A stretch of 35,825 nt of DNA. Origin: Chitinophagaceae bacterium. GTDB taxonomy: Bacteria; Bacteroidota; Bacteroidia; Chitinophagales; Chitinophagaceae. The notes beneath the pieces are model-generated. The model did no database searches. It was not told the DNA's origin and worked only from the letters and a program-made list of their open reading frames with translations. Numbering within the stretch: the stretch's first letter is position 1; every line of letters begins with the position of its first letter. The stretch spans positions 1 to 35,825 of the forward strand of contig JADGPY010000035.1 of assembly GCA_017882205.1 (NCBI GenBank). Direction: 5' to 3'. Below, one piece after another: positions 9,547-19,273 of the stretch. The translations under genes were made by a program, and so were the position numbers.

Positions 9547-9612
9547 AGGTATCATGTTTCAGGTATCAGGTATCAGGAAAACCGTTTCTTCTGAAACCTG
9601 AAACCTGATACC
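9547..9612. repeat. Inverted heptamer array (AGGTATC/AGGTTTC units)
   Basis: aggtatc atgtttc aggtatc aggtatc agg, a spacer, then ctgaaac ctgaaac ctgatac ct (reverse-complement units). Confidence 0.85.
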
Positions 9613-9623
9613 TAATTTTTATT

Positions 9624-9631
9624 TACATTTG
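9624..9631 (+). promoter_or_regulatory. -7 box (TACATTTG) for glmM-iscS
   Basis: Exact TAnnTTTG match 24 nt upstream of GTG 9656. Confidence 0.7.
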
Positions 9632-9655
9632 CACCCTCATAAAACGCAAGAAACC

Positions 9656-11032
9656 GTGGCATTGATCAAAAGCATTTCAGGGATAAGAGGAACGATTGGT
9701 GGTAAACCAGGTGAAAATTTTACACCTATTGATATTGTAAAATTTACAGCAGCCTTTGGTACATGGCTCCTTAATCATTCAACAGGAAAAAAAGTGGTGA
9801 TCGGGCGGGATGGCCGGATCAGCGGTGAACTGGTAAACAGGATTGTTTCAAGCACATTGTTGTCTTTAGGGATTGATGTGATAGATCTGGGTCTAAGTAC
9901 TACGCCCACCGTTGAAATAGCTGTGAAAGAAGAAAATGCCTCCGGTGGGATTATTTTAACTGCAAGCCATAACCCAAAAGAGTGGAATGCCTTGAAACTA
10001 CTTAATAGTAATGGAGAGTTTATTAATGCTGAAGAAGGTCAGGCTGTTCTGGAATTAGCGGAAAAGGAAATAAATTTTGTTACTGTTGACAAATTAGGGA
10101 ATTATGAAGTAAACGATACTTATCTCCAAAAACATATAAATGCTGTTGTGAACTATGAGTTAGTGGACATCGCTGCTATCAAAAAGTGCAAATTCAAGAT
10201 TGTAGTAGATGCAATTAACAGCACAGGAGCAATGTTTGTTCCGGCACTTTTAAAGGCATTAGGTGTGAAGGAAGTGTTGGTGATTAATGAAGAGATCAAT
10301 GGAAGATTTGCTCACAATCCAGAGCCTTTACCAGAGCATCTTACTGAGCTCAGCAATGAAGTAAAAAAGCACAATGCTAATCTTGGCATTGCTGTGGATC
10401 CTGATGTAGACAGGCTTTGTTTTGTTTGTGAAGACGGCAGCATGTTTGGTGAGGAATATACCCTGGTTGCGGTAGCAGATTATATTCTTAGTAAAAGAAA
10501 GGGAAATACGGTAAGTAACATGTCGTCAACAAAAGCATTAAAAGATATTACCCGGAAGCATGGTGGGGAATATTTTCCGTCTGCAGTAGGAGAGGTGAAT
10601 GTAGTGAAAAAAATGAAGCAGGTAAATGCATCAATAGGTGGAGAAGGTAATGGGGGTATTATAGTTCCTGATTTTCATTATGGCAGGGATGCTCTGATCG
10701 GAATTGGCTTATTTCTTACACACCTGGCTCATTCAAAAAAAAGTATCAAGCAATTGCGTGGTTCTTATCCTGCTTATTTCATCTCAAAAAATAAAATCAC
10801 GCTTGAGAAGGGGATTGACGTGAAAGAAGTTTTCAAAAAGATTAAGGAAAAATATAAGAACAACCCCATGAACACAGAAGATGGGTTGAAGATTGAATTC
10901 AACGAAGACTGGGTACATCTGAGAACAAGTAATACAGAGCCTATTATCCGTATTTATTCAGAAAGTAATTTTGAGACCACGGCAGAAAATATTGCGCGGA
11001 AGCTTATGAAAGATATCAGTGAGGCAATGTAG
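9656..11032 (+). CDS. glmM: Phosphoglucosamine mutase (alpha-D-phosphohexomutase)
   Basis: SISGIRG start, TASHNP phosphoserine loop, DPDVDR metal loop, GGEGNGG, R.SNTEPIIRIY. GTG start inferred at 9656. Confidence 0.88.
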   Translation: MALIKSISGIRGTIGGKPGENFTPIDIVKFTAAFGTWLLNHSTGKKVVIGRDGRISGELVNRIVSSTLLSLGIDVIDLGLSTTPTVEIAVKEENASGGIILTASHNPKEWNALKLLNSNGEFINAEEGQAVLELAEKEINFVTVDKLGNYEVNDTYLQKHINAVVNYELVDIAAIKKCKFKIVVDAINSTGAMFVPALLKALGVKEVLVINEEINGRFAHNPEPLPEHLTELSNEVKKHNANLGIAVDPDVDRLCFVCEDGSMFGEEYTLVAVADYILSKRKGNTVSNMSSTKALKDITRKHGGEYFPSAVGEVNVVKKMKQVNASIGGEGNGGIIVPDFHYGRDALIGIGLFLTHLAHSKKSIKQLRGSYPAYFISKNKITLEKGIDVKEVFKKIKEKYKNNPMNTEDGLKIEFNEDWVHLRTSNTEPIIRIYSESNFETTAENIARKLMKDISEAM

Positions 11033-11033
11033 T

Positions 11034-12161
11034 ATGAAAAGAATTTATTTTGATAACGCAGCTACAACATCACTTGATCCAAAAGTGCTTGAAGCAATGA
11101 TGCCTTACCTTACCGAAAAGTTTGGTAATCCATCCTCCATTTATTCTTATGGCAGGGAAACGAGGATGGCTATTGAAAATGCAAGGAAATCTGTTGCCAA
11201 AATTCTAAATGCACACCCTGCAGAAATATTCTTCACCAGTGGCGGTACTGAGAGTAGTAATACCGCCATATGTGCATCTGTAAGCGACCTTGGCTGCAAA
11301 CGTATTATTACTTCTAAGATTGAACACCATGCAACTCTTCATACGGTTGAGTATTTACAATGCAACGACAAGGTAGAACTTGATTATGTGAAGGTACTTC
11401 CAAATGGGCATATTGATTTGGAAGATCTTGAGCGCCTGTTATCAGAAAGTGATGAAAAGTGCCTTGTAACCCTGATGCATGCAAATAATGAGATCGGGAA
11501 TTTGCTTGACCTTCATGCAGTGGGAATGATGTGCAAGAAATATAACGCCATCTCCCATTCCGATACAGTTCAAACAGTTGGGCATTATCCTTTTGATCTG
11601 CGGAATACTCCTGTACATTTTATTACAGGAGCTGCCCATAAATTTCACGGTCCAAAAGGGGTTGGCATTTTATACATTAATGAAAATATAAAAATAAAAC
11701 CCTTTATACATGGGGGTTCGCAGGAAAGAAATATAAGGGCAGGTACCGAAAATCTTTATGGAATAGTTGGTTTTGCTAAAGCTCTTGAACTTGCCACAGC
11801 AGATTATGAAAAAGATAAGGATACTATCCAGCAGGTTAAAATGTACATGATGGATGCCCTACAGCGTGATATTCCAGGTGTTTATTTCAATGGTGATCCT
11901 ACAGGAAAAAGCCTGTATACCATTCTGAGTGTTTCTTTTCCGAAATCTGAAAAATCAGAAATGTTGTTATTTAATCTTGATATTAATAATATTTGTGCAA
12001 GTGGGGGAAGCGCATGTACCTCAGGGGCAGATGCGGGAAGCCATGTTATTCGGGCTATTAATAACAACCCTAACCAGGTAACTGTTCGATTTTCTTTTAG
12101 CCGGCATAATACCAAATCAGAAGTTGATGCGGTGATAGAAAAGCTTATAGCCTGCATCTAA
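11034..12161 (+). CDS. iscS: Cysteine desulfurase (IscS/NifS family)
   Basis: YFDNAATT, GNPSS, FTSGGTES, HKFHGPKG (PLP lysine), RAGTEN, SGGSAC (catalytic Cys). Confidence 0.92.
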   Translation: MKRIYFDNAATTSLDPKVLEAMMPYLTEKFGNPSSIYSYGRETRMAIENARKSVAKILNAHPAEIFFTSGGTESSNTAICASVSDLGCKRIITSKIEHHATLHTVEYLQCNDKVELDYVKVLPNGHIDLEDLERLLSESDEKCLVTLMHANNEIGNLLDLHAVGMMCKKYNAISHSDTVQTVGHYPFDLRNTPVHFITGAAHKFHGPKGVGILYINENIKIKPFIHGGSQERNIRAGTENLYGIVGFAKALELATADYEKDKDTIQQVKMYMMDALQRDIPGVYFNGDPTGKSLYTILSVSFPKSEKSEMLLFNLDINNICASGGSACTSGADAGSHVIRAINNNPNQVTVRFSFSRHNTKSEVDAVIEKLIACI

Positions 12162-12300
12162 ATCCTTCAGTTCCTCAATAATAAGACTAAAAAGCTTCAG
12201 CTTCTGCGGGATTATCTGGCCATTCATTTGGGTCCATAAACGTGTTTTATTTAGTAAAACAAAATACAGGCCATTATTTTAGAATGTTGAAAAAAAATAT

Positions 12301-13026
12301 TCAGAGGGAGGCCTCTTCGGTTTTGATAGAATCCTTTACAAGCTCATTGATTTTACGAATTTCATTATCTGTCAGATACCTCCATTTCCCAGGTGCAATC
12401 CCCGTTAAGGTAATGTTCATTATGCGTATTCTCACAAGGCGGGTGACGTTGTAGCCGAGGGACTGGCACATTCGTCTTATTTGCCTGTTAAGGCCCTGGG
12501 TTAAAATGATGCGGAAAACATTTTTCTGATCTTGTTTTACAAAACATTTTTTTGTAACAGTACCAAGAATTTTTATCCCATTACCCATAAGGCGAATGAA
12601 CTCATTAGTGATAGGCCTATCTACTGTAACAAGATATTCCTTTTCATGATTATTGCCTGCGCGAAGTATCTTATTTACAATATTGCCATCATTGGTCAGA
12701 AAGATCAATCCTTCAGAAGCCTTATCCAGTCTGCCTATAGGGAATATTCTTTTAGGGTGATGAATGAAATCAATAATGTTTTGTTTATCTTTTAGATCTG
12801 TTGTTGAAGAAATGCCAGCCGGTTTATTAAAAGCAAGATATATTGTTTTCTCCTTTGCTTTCAATGGCTCTCCATCAATCGTTACAATTGATTTATCATT
12901 AACCCTATTTCCCGATTTTGCAGGAATACCATCTATAGTTATTCTCCCTGCAGCTATTAATTTGTCTGCTTCACGCCTGGAACAAAAACCTGTATCGCTG
13001 ATGAATTTGTTTAAACTAGTATCCAC
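12301..13026 (-). CDS. rluF: 23S rRNA pseudouridine synthase RluF (RsuA family)
   Basis: S4 domain (LNKFIS..G.CSRREAD), FNKP.G, GRLDK.SEGLI.LTNDG, HEKEY, LTQGLNRQIRRMC; GTG start. Confidence 0.9.
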   Translation of the reverse strand: MDTSLNKFISDTGFCSRREADKLIAAGRITIDGIPAKSGNRVNDKSIVTIDGEPLKAKEKTIYLAFNKPAGISSTTDLKDKQNIIDFIHHPKRIFPIGRLDKASEGLIFLTNDGNIVNKILRAGNNHEKEYLVTVDRPITNEFIRLMGNGIKILGTVTKKCFVKQDQKNVFRIILTQGLNRQIRRMCQSLGYNVTRLVRIRIMNITLTGIAPGKWRYLTDNEIRKINELVKDSIKTEEASL

Positions 13027-13064
13027 ATGGATAAATTGAGCCTGGTATTTGTTTACAAAACTTA

Positions 13065-14144
13065 TTAGTTGTAGCTTAACTTCCTTATTAGATCTTGTGG
13101 AAGTTTCGGTAGTTTTTTTCTTTCTATGAGAAAGGTTGAAAGACCGGCAATATCTTTGAAAACATAATGTTTGCTTAACGCACCCTCAAGATATCCTCCT
13201 CCACTTGTATTACCAGTTCCCATCCGCATTCCGATCATTCTACGGACCATAACAAGATGTTTATGTCGCCATGTGGCCATTTGGTGATCGATCTCAACTA
13301 AAGCATCCAGGATCTGGTAAGAAGTTTGAAAAACCGGGAAGTCTCTGTAGAGCATTATAAATAGACCCGCCTTCAATGCTTTTGCAGATATCACAGGCCT
13401 CATAGCTGCAGCCTGTTCTTCAGTAAAACTGCCCTGGTTGTTGAAAAAAATAAGATCGAAGTCATTGATCTTGGAGGCTTCCCTCTCTGTTAAACCAGTT
13501 TTGTAAATGGTTCTGTAATCACTCCAGAAAGGATGCAAGTGTTCTGTCAAAGGGAAGTGTATTTGATAATTCTTCCAGAAGTCCAATTCAAAAAATGGCA
13601 TTCGTTCAAGCCAGTTGTTTATAAGATGAAGTAATGATTCTTGTTTTTCTATTTCATTGATTTTATCAAAATCAGTAGGAAGAAATCCGCCTTCGTTTGT
13701 GCGTTTATAGTAATCTTTTGCAAACCGTTTCTGCATATCAAGCCCTAATGTTGCTTCTACCTGCCTGAACTGTACACTTTGAAATCCCGATGCAGGTATT
13801 AGCAGGTTTCTAAATTCAAGAAAATCCAGGGGGGTCATAGTATCTACCAGGTCAACCTGGTGATTAAGCAGTTCATTGATCTTTATTACCCTGTTAAGCC
13901 GGTGTCGTACAAGGTTCAGATCTTCTGAATTATCATCAATATTGGTCTTCTTGAATACATTCATAACAAACTCCAGTTCATAAAGCACCTGCTTGAACCA
14001 GAGTTCGTAGGCCTGGTGAACTATGATGAATAGCATTTCATCGTGTGCTGGTTCCCTACCTTCTTTAAAGCTTTCCGGATCCTGTGCATTCAAAATTTTA
14101 TCGAGCTGTAAATAATCGTGGTAGTACATTGATTTTTTTTCCAT
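13065..14144 (-). CDS. kynA: Tryptophan 2,3-dioxygenase
   Basis: Y.DYLQLD, HDEMLFII.HQAYELWFKQ, ASGFQS.QFR, WR.KH..MV.RMIG...GTG. Confidence 0.95.
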   Translation of the reverse strand: MEKKSMYYHDYLQLDKILNAQDPESFKEGREPAHDEMLFIIVHQAYELWFKQVLYELEFVMNVFKKTNIDDNSEDLNLVRHRLNRVIKINELLNHQVDLVDTMTPLDFLEFRNLLIPASGFQSVQFRQVEATLGLDMQKRFAKDYYKRTNEGGFLPTDFDKINEIEKQESLLHLINNWLERMPFFELDFWKNYQIHFPLTEHLHPFWSDYRTIYKTGLTEREASKINDFDLIFFNNQGSFTEEQAAAMRPVISAKALKAGLFIMLYRDFPVFQTSYQILDALVEIDHQMATWRHKHLVMVRRMIGMRMGTGNTSGGGYLEGALSKHYVFKDIAGLSTFLIERKKLPKLPQDLIRKLSYN

Positions 14145-14157
14145 AGATGCATTTCCG

Positions 14158-14165
14158 CAAAGCTA
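14158..14165 (-). promoter_or_regulatory. -7 box (TAGCTTTG) for kynA-rluF
   Basis: Exact TAnnTTTG match 13 nt upstream of the kynA start. Confidence 0.65.
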
Positions 14166-14218
14166 AAGGCAAATGGGGAGAAATAGAGCTTTCTTGCTTC
14201 GCATTACCGAAGCCCGAA

Positions 14219-14917
14219 TCAAGTTTCAGACCTCATTAATCTTCTAAATGAAACCAGATGAGCAAATAGTACAGTCGGAACTATGAAGCTGGGTAACCAG
14301 TTGAAAGGAAAATAGAGGATTGCTATATTAGGTTGTAAAAAAGCTAGTTTTTGGAATGGGGATGGTGTTGAAAATATAGCAATTACTACAATATTAAAAA
14401 GTAGCAATAGAGTAATGCTGTTCCATGCAAGGAGAAAGCCCCTGCTAAGACTTTTATTAATATAACCAAAGTAAAAGATAAAGGGTGCTGATAAACCTGC
14501 CAGGATATCAAAATTTCTTCCTTCAAAGGTCATTAGTATGGGTACGCATCGATAAACGAAAAGCCTGAACAGAATGATCTCCACTAAGATCCGGACCACA
14601 TGAAGCAAGGTTAATGTTGAGATGGGAAGACTGTCAATAAATCTTCGTCCCCTCCCGGAAATAAATAAAGCCAGGATCATCAAAAGGGGAGGTAAGATCA
14701 ATAGGGCAAAACGGGGAGGAAAAGTATTTGTTACCAGGTAAAAATTATTCTTTGCTAAAATATATTGAATGGTGAGCCATATGAGAATGATTCCTGAAAC
14801 AATTATAGTGGTTTTGGTTGAATTATTTTTATGTACCGCTATGATAAGAAATGAATAGGTGAAAATAATGGCCAGGATAAACAAACTTGGGATATAAAGC
14901 GGGAGATTAGGAATCAT
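14219..14917 (-). CDS. Polytopic membrane protein of unknown function
   Basis: Six to seven hydrophobic helices; conserved-looking H.VR..VE, G.NFDI..G and FPF.WLP.F.VP..LF.H. Confidence 0.8.
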   Translation of the reverse strand: MIPNLPLYIPSLFILAIIFTYSFLIIAVHKNNSTKTTIIVSGIILIWLTIQYILAKNNFYLVTNTFPPRFALLILPPLLMILALFISGRGRRFIDSLPISTLTLLHVVRILVEIILFRLFVYRCVPILMTFEGRNFDILAGLSAPFIFYFGYINKSLSRGFLLAWNSITLLLLFNIVVIAIFSTPSPFQKLAFLQPNIAILYFPFNWLPSFIVPTVLFAHLVSFRRLMRSET

Positions 14918-14949
14918 CCGGAACTTGGTTTAGACATAAAGATAGAATC

Positions 14950-14963
14950 TTCTCGCTTCGCTC
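14950..14963 (+). repeat. Dispersed TTCTCGCTTCGCTC motif
   Basis: Exact 14-mer, intergenic, flanked by AATCT...AGATT. Confidence 0.85.
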
Positions 14964-15067
14964 AAAGATTATTACTACGCCGGCCGGCCGGCAGAAAGGG
15001 AATTCAAGGAAAACTATTTTAAATTTTGATTTTCTTTCTATTGTTTAATTTCAGGAAAATATTCAAC

Positions 15068-16420
15068 ATGAAAATGAACATAGGTTTATTAGTCTGCATG
15101 TTGCTTTGTTGCGGATCAATGAAATCATTTTGCCAGAAAACAAACCAACATTTTACGCATCCCGCATGGAGTGAGCAAAGCAATATTTATGAAGTAAATC
15201 TTCGCCAGTACTCAGAGGCCGGTTCTTTTAAGGAATTTGAAAAGCATATGCCAAGACTTCGAAAGATGGGTGTAGAGATTTTATGGTTTATGCCAATTAC
15301 TCCGATTGGAATAGAAGGAAGAAAAATGACGTCCAGTGATCTTGGTAGCTATTATGCTGTTAGAAATTATAAAGCTGTAAGTCAGGAATTCGGTACTATG
15401 GCGGAATGGATAGCCCTTGTAAAACATGCCCACAAAATGGGTTTTAAAGTTATTACAGACTGGGTTCCCAATCATTCTTCACCTGATAATCCATGGATCA
15501 CTAATCACCCCAATTTTTATATGAAAGATAATAATGGAACAATCATTCCTCCAAATCCTGATTGGACTGATACACGCAAGTTGGATTATTCAAGCCCTGA
15601 ACTTCGGGATAGTATGATTGATGCCATGAAGTTCTGGATAAAAACAAGTGATATTGATGGATTTAGATGTGATGTTGCTACAGATGTACCAGCAGATTTC
15701 TGGAAGCAATGCATTTTTTCATTGAGAAAAATTAAAAATGTATTCATGCTTGCGGAAAGTGAGAAACCTGAACTTCACAATGCGGGTTTTGATGAAACCT
15801 ACACCTGGAGCGTAATGGGGCCAATGGCTGATCTCTATAACGGAAAGCGATCCTTGTCTTATTTTGATTCAGTTCTCCAGCACAATATTTCAACCTTCCC
15901 CAAAGATGCACTCCGCATGTATTTCACTACGAATCATGATGAAAATAGCTGGAATGGTACTGAATTTGAAAAATATGGGAATGCATATAAAACATTTGCG
16001 GTCTTTACCCAGACAATGTACCAAAGTGTACCATTGATCTATTCCGGTCAGGAAGTTAAGAATAGTAAAAGGTTGAAGTTTTTTGTCAAAGATCCGATCG
16101 AATGGGGGAATTATGAGATGGCGCCATTTTATACCACGCTTTTGAAACTACGCCGCAGGAATGTTGCTCTGGCTGCAGATGCTTCCTATAAAAGGATCAC
16201 CACTGCGAATGATTTGGCAATATTTGCCTACATGAGAGAGAAAGCGGGGCATAAGGTTCTTGTGGTATTAAATCTTTCAAACCAGCCACAACAGCTTACA
16301 ATAAAAGATAAAAGCATAGTTGGTCAACCGAAGGATGTTTTTGGAAGCGGGATGAAAAAACTAAACCCGCAACACGTTTTTAGTTTGGAGCCATGGGGGT
16401 ATGAAGTGTATGAATATTAG
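15068..16420 (+). CDS. GH13 alpha-amylase family glycosidase, secreted
   Basis: IYEVN.RQY, LWFMPI.P, DWVPNH, DGFRCDVA (nucleophile), LAE (acid/base), NHDEN. ATG at 15068 precedes a signal peptide. Confidence 0.93.
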   Translation: MKMNIGLLVCMLLCCGSMKSFCQKTNQHFTHPAWSEQSNIYEVNLRQYSEAGSFKEFEKHMPRLRKMGVEILWFMPITPIGIEGRKMTSSDLGSYYAVRNYKAVSQEFGTMAEWIALVKHAHKMGFKVITDWVPNHSSPDNPWITNHPNFYMKDNNGTIIPPNPDWTDTRKLDYSSPELRDSMIDAMKFWIKTSDIDGFRCDVATDVPADFWKQCIFSLRKIKNVFMLAESEKPELHNAGFDETYTWSVMGPMADLYNGKRSLSYFDSVLQHNISTFPKDALRMYFTTNHDENSWNGTEFEKYGNAYKTFAVFTQTMYQSVPLIYSGQEVKNSKRLKFFVKDPIEWGNYEMAPFYTTLLKLRRRNVALAADASYKRITTANDLAIFAYMREKAGHKVLVVLNLSNQPQQLTIKDKSIVGQPKDVFGSGMKKLNPQHVFSLEPWGYEVYEY

Positions 16421-16421
16421 T

Positions 16422-16439
16422 TTTCTCGCTTCGCTCGAA
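16422..16439 (+). repeat. Dispersed TTCTCGCTTCGCTC motif
   Basis: TTTCTCGCTTCGCTCGAA directly after the GH13 stop codon. Confidence 0.85.
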
Positions 16440-16455
16440 AGGGGTTGCCACGGAC

Positions 16456-19050
16456 TTATTTCAATAAATTCTTAATTTCATTGAGCTTCATAAGGGCCTC
16501 CACCGGAGTAAGCCGGTTGATATCAAAATTTTCAAGCAATTTTCGTATCTCATCGAAAGTTGCACTATGAGCATCAAATATAGAGAGTTGAACTTTTGGA
16601 GTGGAAAGCTTTTTTACTGAATCGCCGATCTCCTCATCTACGTGTTTGGTTTCCAACTGCTTCATGATCTCGGTTGCACGATCTACCAGTGAAGGAGGCA
16701 TCCCAGCCATTTTTGCAACATGAATTCCGAAACTATGAGTACTTCCGCCCTGGGCAAGTTTTCTTAAAAAAATAATCTTATTTCCAACTTCCTTATTAGT
16801 GACATGAAAGTTTCTTACTCTTGAAAGTTTATTTTCCAGTTCATTTAATTCATGGTAATGGGTAGCAAAAAGTGTTTTAGGCGCATGAACTGAATGATGA
16901 AGGTATTCTACAATACTCCAGGCAATAGAGATTCCATCATAGGTAGATGTTCCACGGCCGATCTCATCAAGCAAGATGAGGCTACGGGCAGTGAGGTTGT
17001 TGATAATACTTGCAGTTTCGTTCATTTCAACCATGAATGTGCTTTCACCGCTACCAAGATTATCGTTGGCGCCAACCCTTGTAAAAATTTTATCTGTAAG
17101 AGGGATAAACGCTTCATCGGCAGGAACGAAGCTTCCCATGTGTGCCATTAATGTTATCAGTGCAGTTTGCCTGAGTATAGCACTTTTGCCACTCATGTTG
17201 GGACCGGTAAGGATAATGATTTGTTGATTCGTAGGATCAAGTGAAATATCATTTGCGATATAACTTTCTCCAGATGGCAAGTTCCTTTCAATAACAGGAT
17301 GCCGGCTTTCTTTGAGGCTCAATTGGTAACCATCATGCAGTTCAGGTCTTTTATAATTATAATGAATGGCATTGTTTGCAAAGCAAGCAAGGCAATCAAG
17401 TACTGCCATTACATGACCATTTACCTGCATTGGGGAGATGTAATCCTGCAGCTCATTCATTAACTTTTCAAATAGCTGTTGCTCAATGAGCAACATTTTA
17501 TCTTCTGCCCCTGTAATCTTTTCCTCATACTCTTTGAGTTCGGGAGTGATATATCGTTCTGCATTAGTGAGGGTTTGTTTGCGTATCCATTCAGGTGGCA
17601 CTTTACTTTTATGAGTATTGGTTACTTCAAGATAATAACCGAAAACATTATTGAAGCCTATGCGTAAAGACGAAATACCTGTCCTATCTTGTTCCTGCTG
17701 TTGAATCCTGACAAGGTATTCTTTGCCACTGGATGCTATGGTTCTTAGATCATCCAAAGTTTCATCTACTCCGGATGCAATCACATTTCCTTTACTTGCT
17801 GCAATCGGAGGATTCTCAACAATCTCTTTTAGAATTTTGTCAGCAATGTATTTGCAGGGATTTAGGGAATCGCCAAGTCTTTTAAGGTATGGATCTTCGG
17901 AACTATCGCATAATGATTTGATGATCCCTACCTGCAATAATCCTTTTGCAATGTGAAGTACTTCGCGGGGATTGATCTTCTTCAATGGGATCTTACTTAC
18001 TAACCTTTCTACATCCCCTGTTTGTTTTATAGCATGTGTGATATTAGTACGCAAATCAACCGACTTGATCAGGAATGCTACCAGGTTCAGTCGCTCATCA
18101 ATTTTAGAGATTTCTGTAAGAGGAAGTACCATCCATCGTTTCAAAAGGCGGGCTCCCATCGGGGAAACTGTATTGTCCAGCACTTTCAATAAAGAACTGT
18201 TGCCCTCTACTCCCCCAAGTAATTCAAGATTTCGGATGGTAAAACGATCCATCCAGAGATGATCTTCCTTATCAATTCGTTGTAACGATGTTATATGCTG
18301 AAGATTTGGATGCTCTGTATCTTTCAGATAATGCAGGATCGCGCCTGCAGCAATTATACCGCAAGAAAGGTCTTCCACACCAAATCCTTTAAGATTTAAT
18401 GTTCCAAAATGTTTCAGTAAACTTTCTTTGCTGTAGGTTTCTGCAAATACCCATTCATCCAATGAATAGGTGTAATATTTATTGCCAAAATAACTTTTGA
18501 AATATTTCTGCCTGTTGCGCTGGAAAATCACTTCTGCGGGTTGAAAGCTCTGTAATAATTTATCAGCATATTCTTTATCACCTTCAGTAACAAAAAATTC
18601 CCCTGTAGAAATATCAAGAAAAGCAACGCCTATCTGTTCTTCATTGAAGTGTATACCGCAAAGAAAATTATTTCGATTATGTTCAAGTAATTTATCATTT
18701 GTAGCTACACCAGGGGTTATCATTTCTGTTACCCCACGTTTTACAATTCCTTTAGCCAGTTTCGGATCTTCCATCTGGTCGCAAATGGCCACCCGAAATC
18801 CGGCTTTCACTAATTTATGCAGGTAGGTATCTAGCGAGTGATGGGGAAAACCTGCAAGTTCAGAAGATGTGGGAGAGCCATTGTTGCGACGTGTAAGTGT
18901 AATGCCCAATACCCGGGAGGCGGTAATTGCATCTGATCCGAATGTTTCATAAAAATCACCCACCCTGAAAAGGAGTATTGCATCAGGGTATTTAGCCTTA
19001 ATAGCATTATGCTGTTGCATCATTGGGGTATCGTTAGGCTTTGAACTCAT
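16456..19050 (-). CDS. mutS: DNA mismatch repair protein MutS
   Basis: TPMMQQ, FRVGDFYETF, TGPNMSGKS Walker A, ESTFMVEM, LLDEIGRGTST, FATHYHEL. Confidence 0.98.
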   Translation of the reverse strand: MSSKPNDTPMMQQHNAIKAKYPDAILLFRVGDFYETFGSDAITASRVLGITLTRRNNGSPTSSELAGFPHHSLDTYLHKLVKAGFRVAICDQMEDPKLAKGIVKRGVTEMITPGVATNDKLLEHNRNNFLCGIHFNEEQIGVAFLDISTGEFFVTEGDKEYADKLLQSFQPAEVIFQRNRQKYFKSYFGNKYYTYSLDEWVFAETYSKESLLKHFGTLNLKGFGVEDLSCGIIAAGAILHYLKDTEHPNLQHITSLQRIDKEDHLWMDRFTIRNLELLGGVEGNSSLLKVLDNTVSPMGARLLKRWMVLPLTEISKIDERLNLVAFLIKSVDLRTNITHAIKQTGDVERLVSKIPLKKINPREVLHIAKGLLQVGIIKSLCDSSEDPYLKRLGDSLNPCKYIADKILKEIVENPPIAASKGNVIASGVDETLDDLRTIASSGKEYLVRIQQQEQDRTGISSLRIGFNNVFGYYLEVTNTHKSKVPPEWIRKQTLTNAERYITPELKEYEEKITGAEDKMLLIEQQLFEKLMNELQDYISPMQVNGHVMAVLDCLACFANNAIHYNYKRPELHDGYQLSLKESRHPVIERNLPSGESYIANDISLDPTNQQIIILTGPNMSGKSAILRQTALITLMAHMGSFVPADEAFIPLTDKIFTRVGANDNLGSGESTFMVEMNETASIINNLTARSLILLDEIGRGTSTYDGISIAWSIVEYLHHSVHAPKTLFATHYHELNELENKLSRVRNFHVTNKEVGNKIIFLRKLAQGGSTHSFGIHVAKMAGMPPSLVDRATEIMKQLETKHVDEEIGDSVKKLSTPKVQLSIFDAHSATFDEIRKLLENFDINRLTPVEALMKLNEIKNLLK

Positions 19051-19054
19051 ATTA

Positions 19055-19089
19055 ATTGGTCATTGTCCATTGATCATTTGTTATTTGGA
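19055..19089 (-). repeat. Degenerate heptamer tandem repeat (CAATnnn type on the mutS strand)
   Basis: + strand attggtc attgtcc attgatc atttgtt atttgga, immediately upstream of the mutS start. Confidence 0.6.
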
Positions 19090-19261
19090 ATGCTAAGGTA
19101 CAAGGCAAATACAGTTAGAAAATGCTTTATTATTTCCAAATGATGTTAACATAAACTTACTCTACAGATTGGGTTAATCCGCAAGAATGGCTTGTTATTT
19201 TCCTCTATTTGTATTAAAGAGTCTAAATTTATTCTCCATGAATTACTCCCCCATAGTAAAT

Positions 19262-19269
19262 TATCTTTG
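19262..19269 (+). promoter_or_regulatory. -7 box (TATCTTTG), probable leaderless transcript
   Basis: TATCTTTG-CACA-ATG: only 4 nt between the box and ATG 19274. Confidence 0.7.
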
Positions 19270-19273
19270 CACA

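Noticed and set aside
13065-14144. kynA (Trp catabolism) as part of a system with the aro operon
   Set aside because: It is 16 kb away, separated by unrelated housekeeping genes, and shares no motif. I saw no Trp-rich leader upstream of it.
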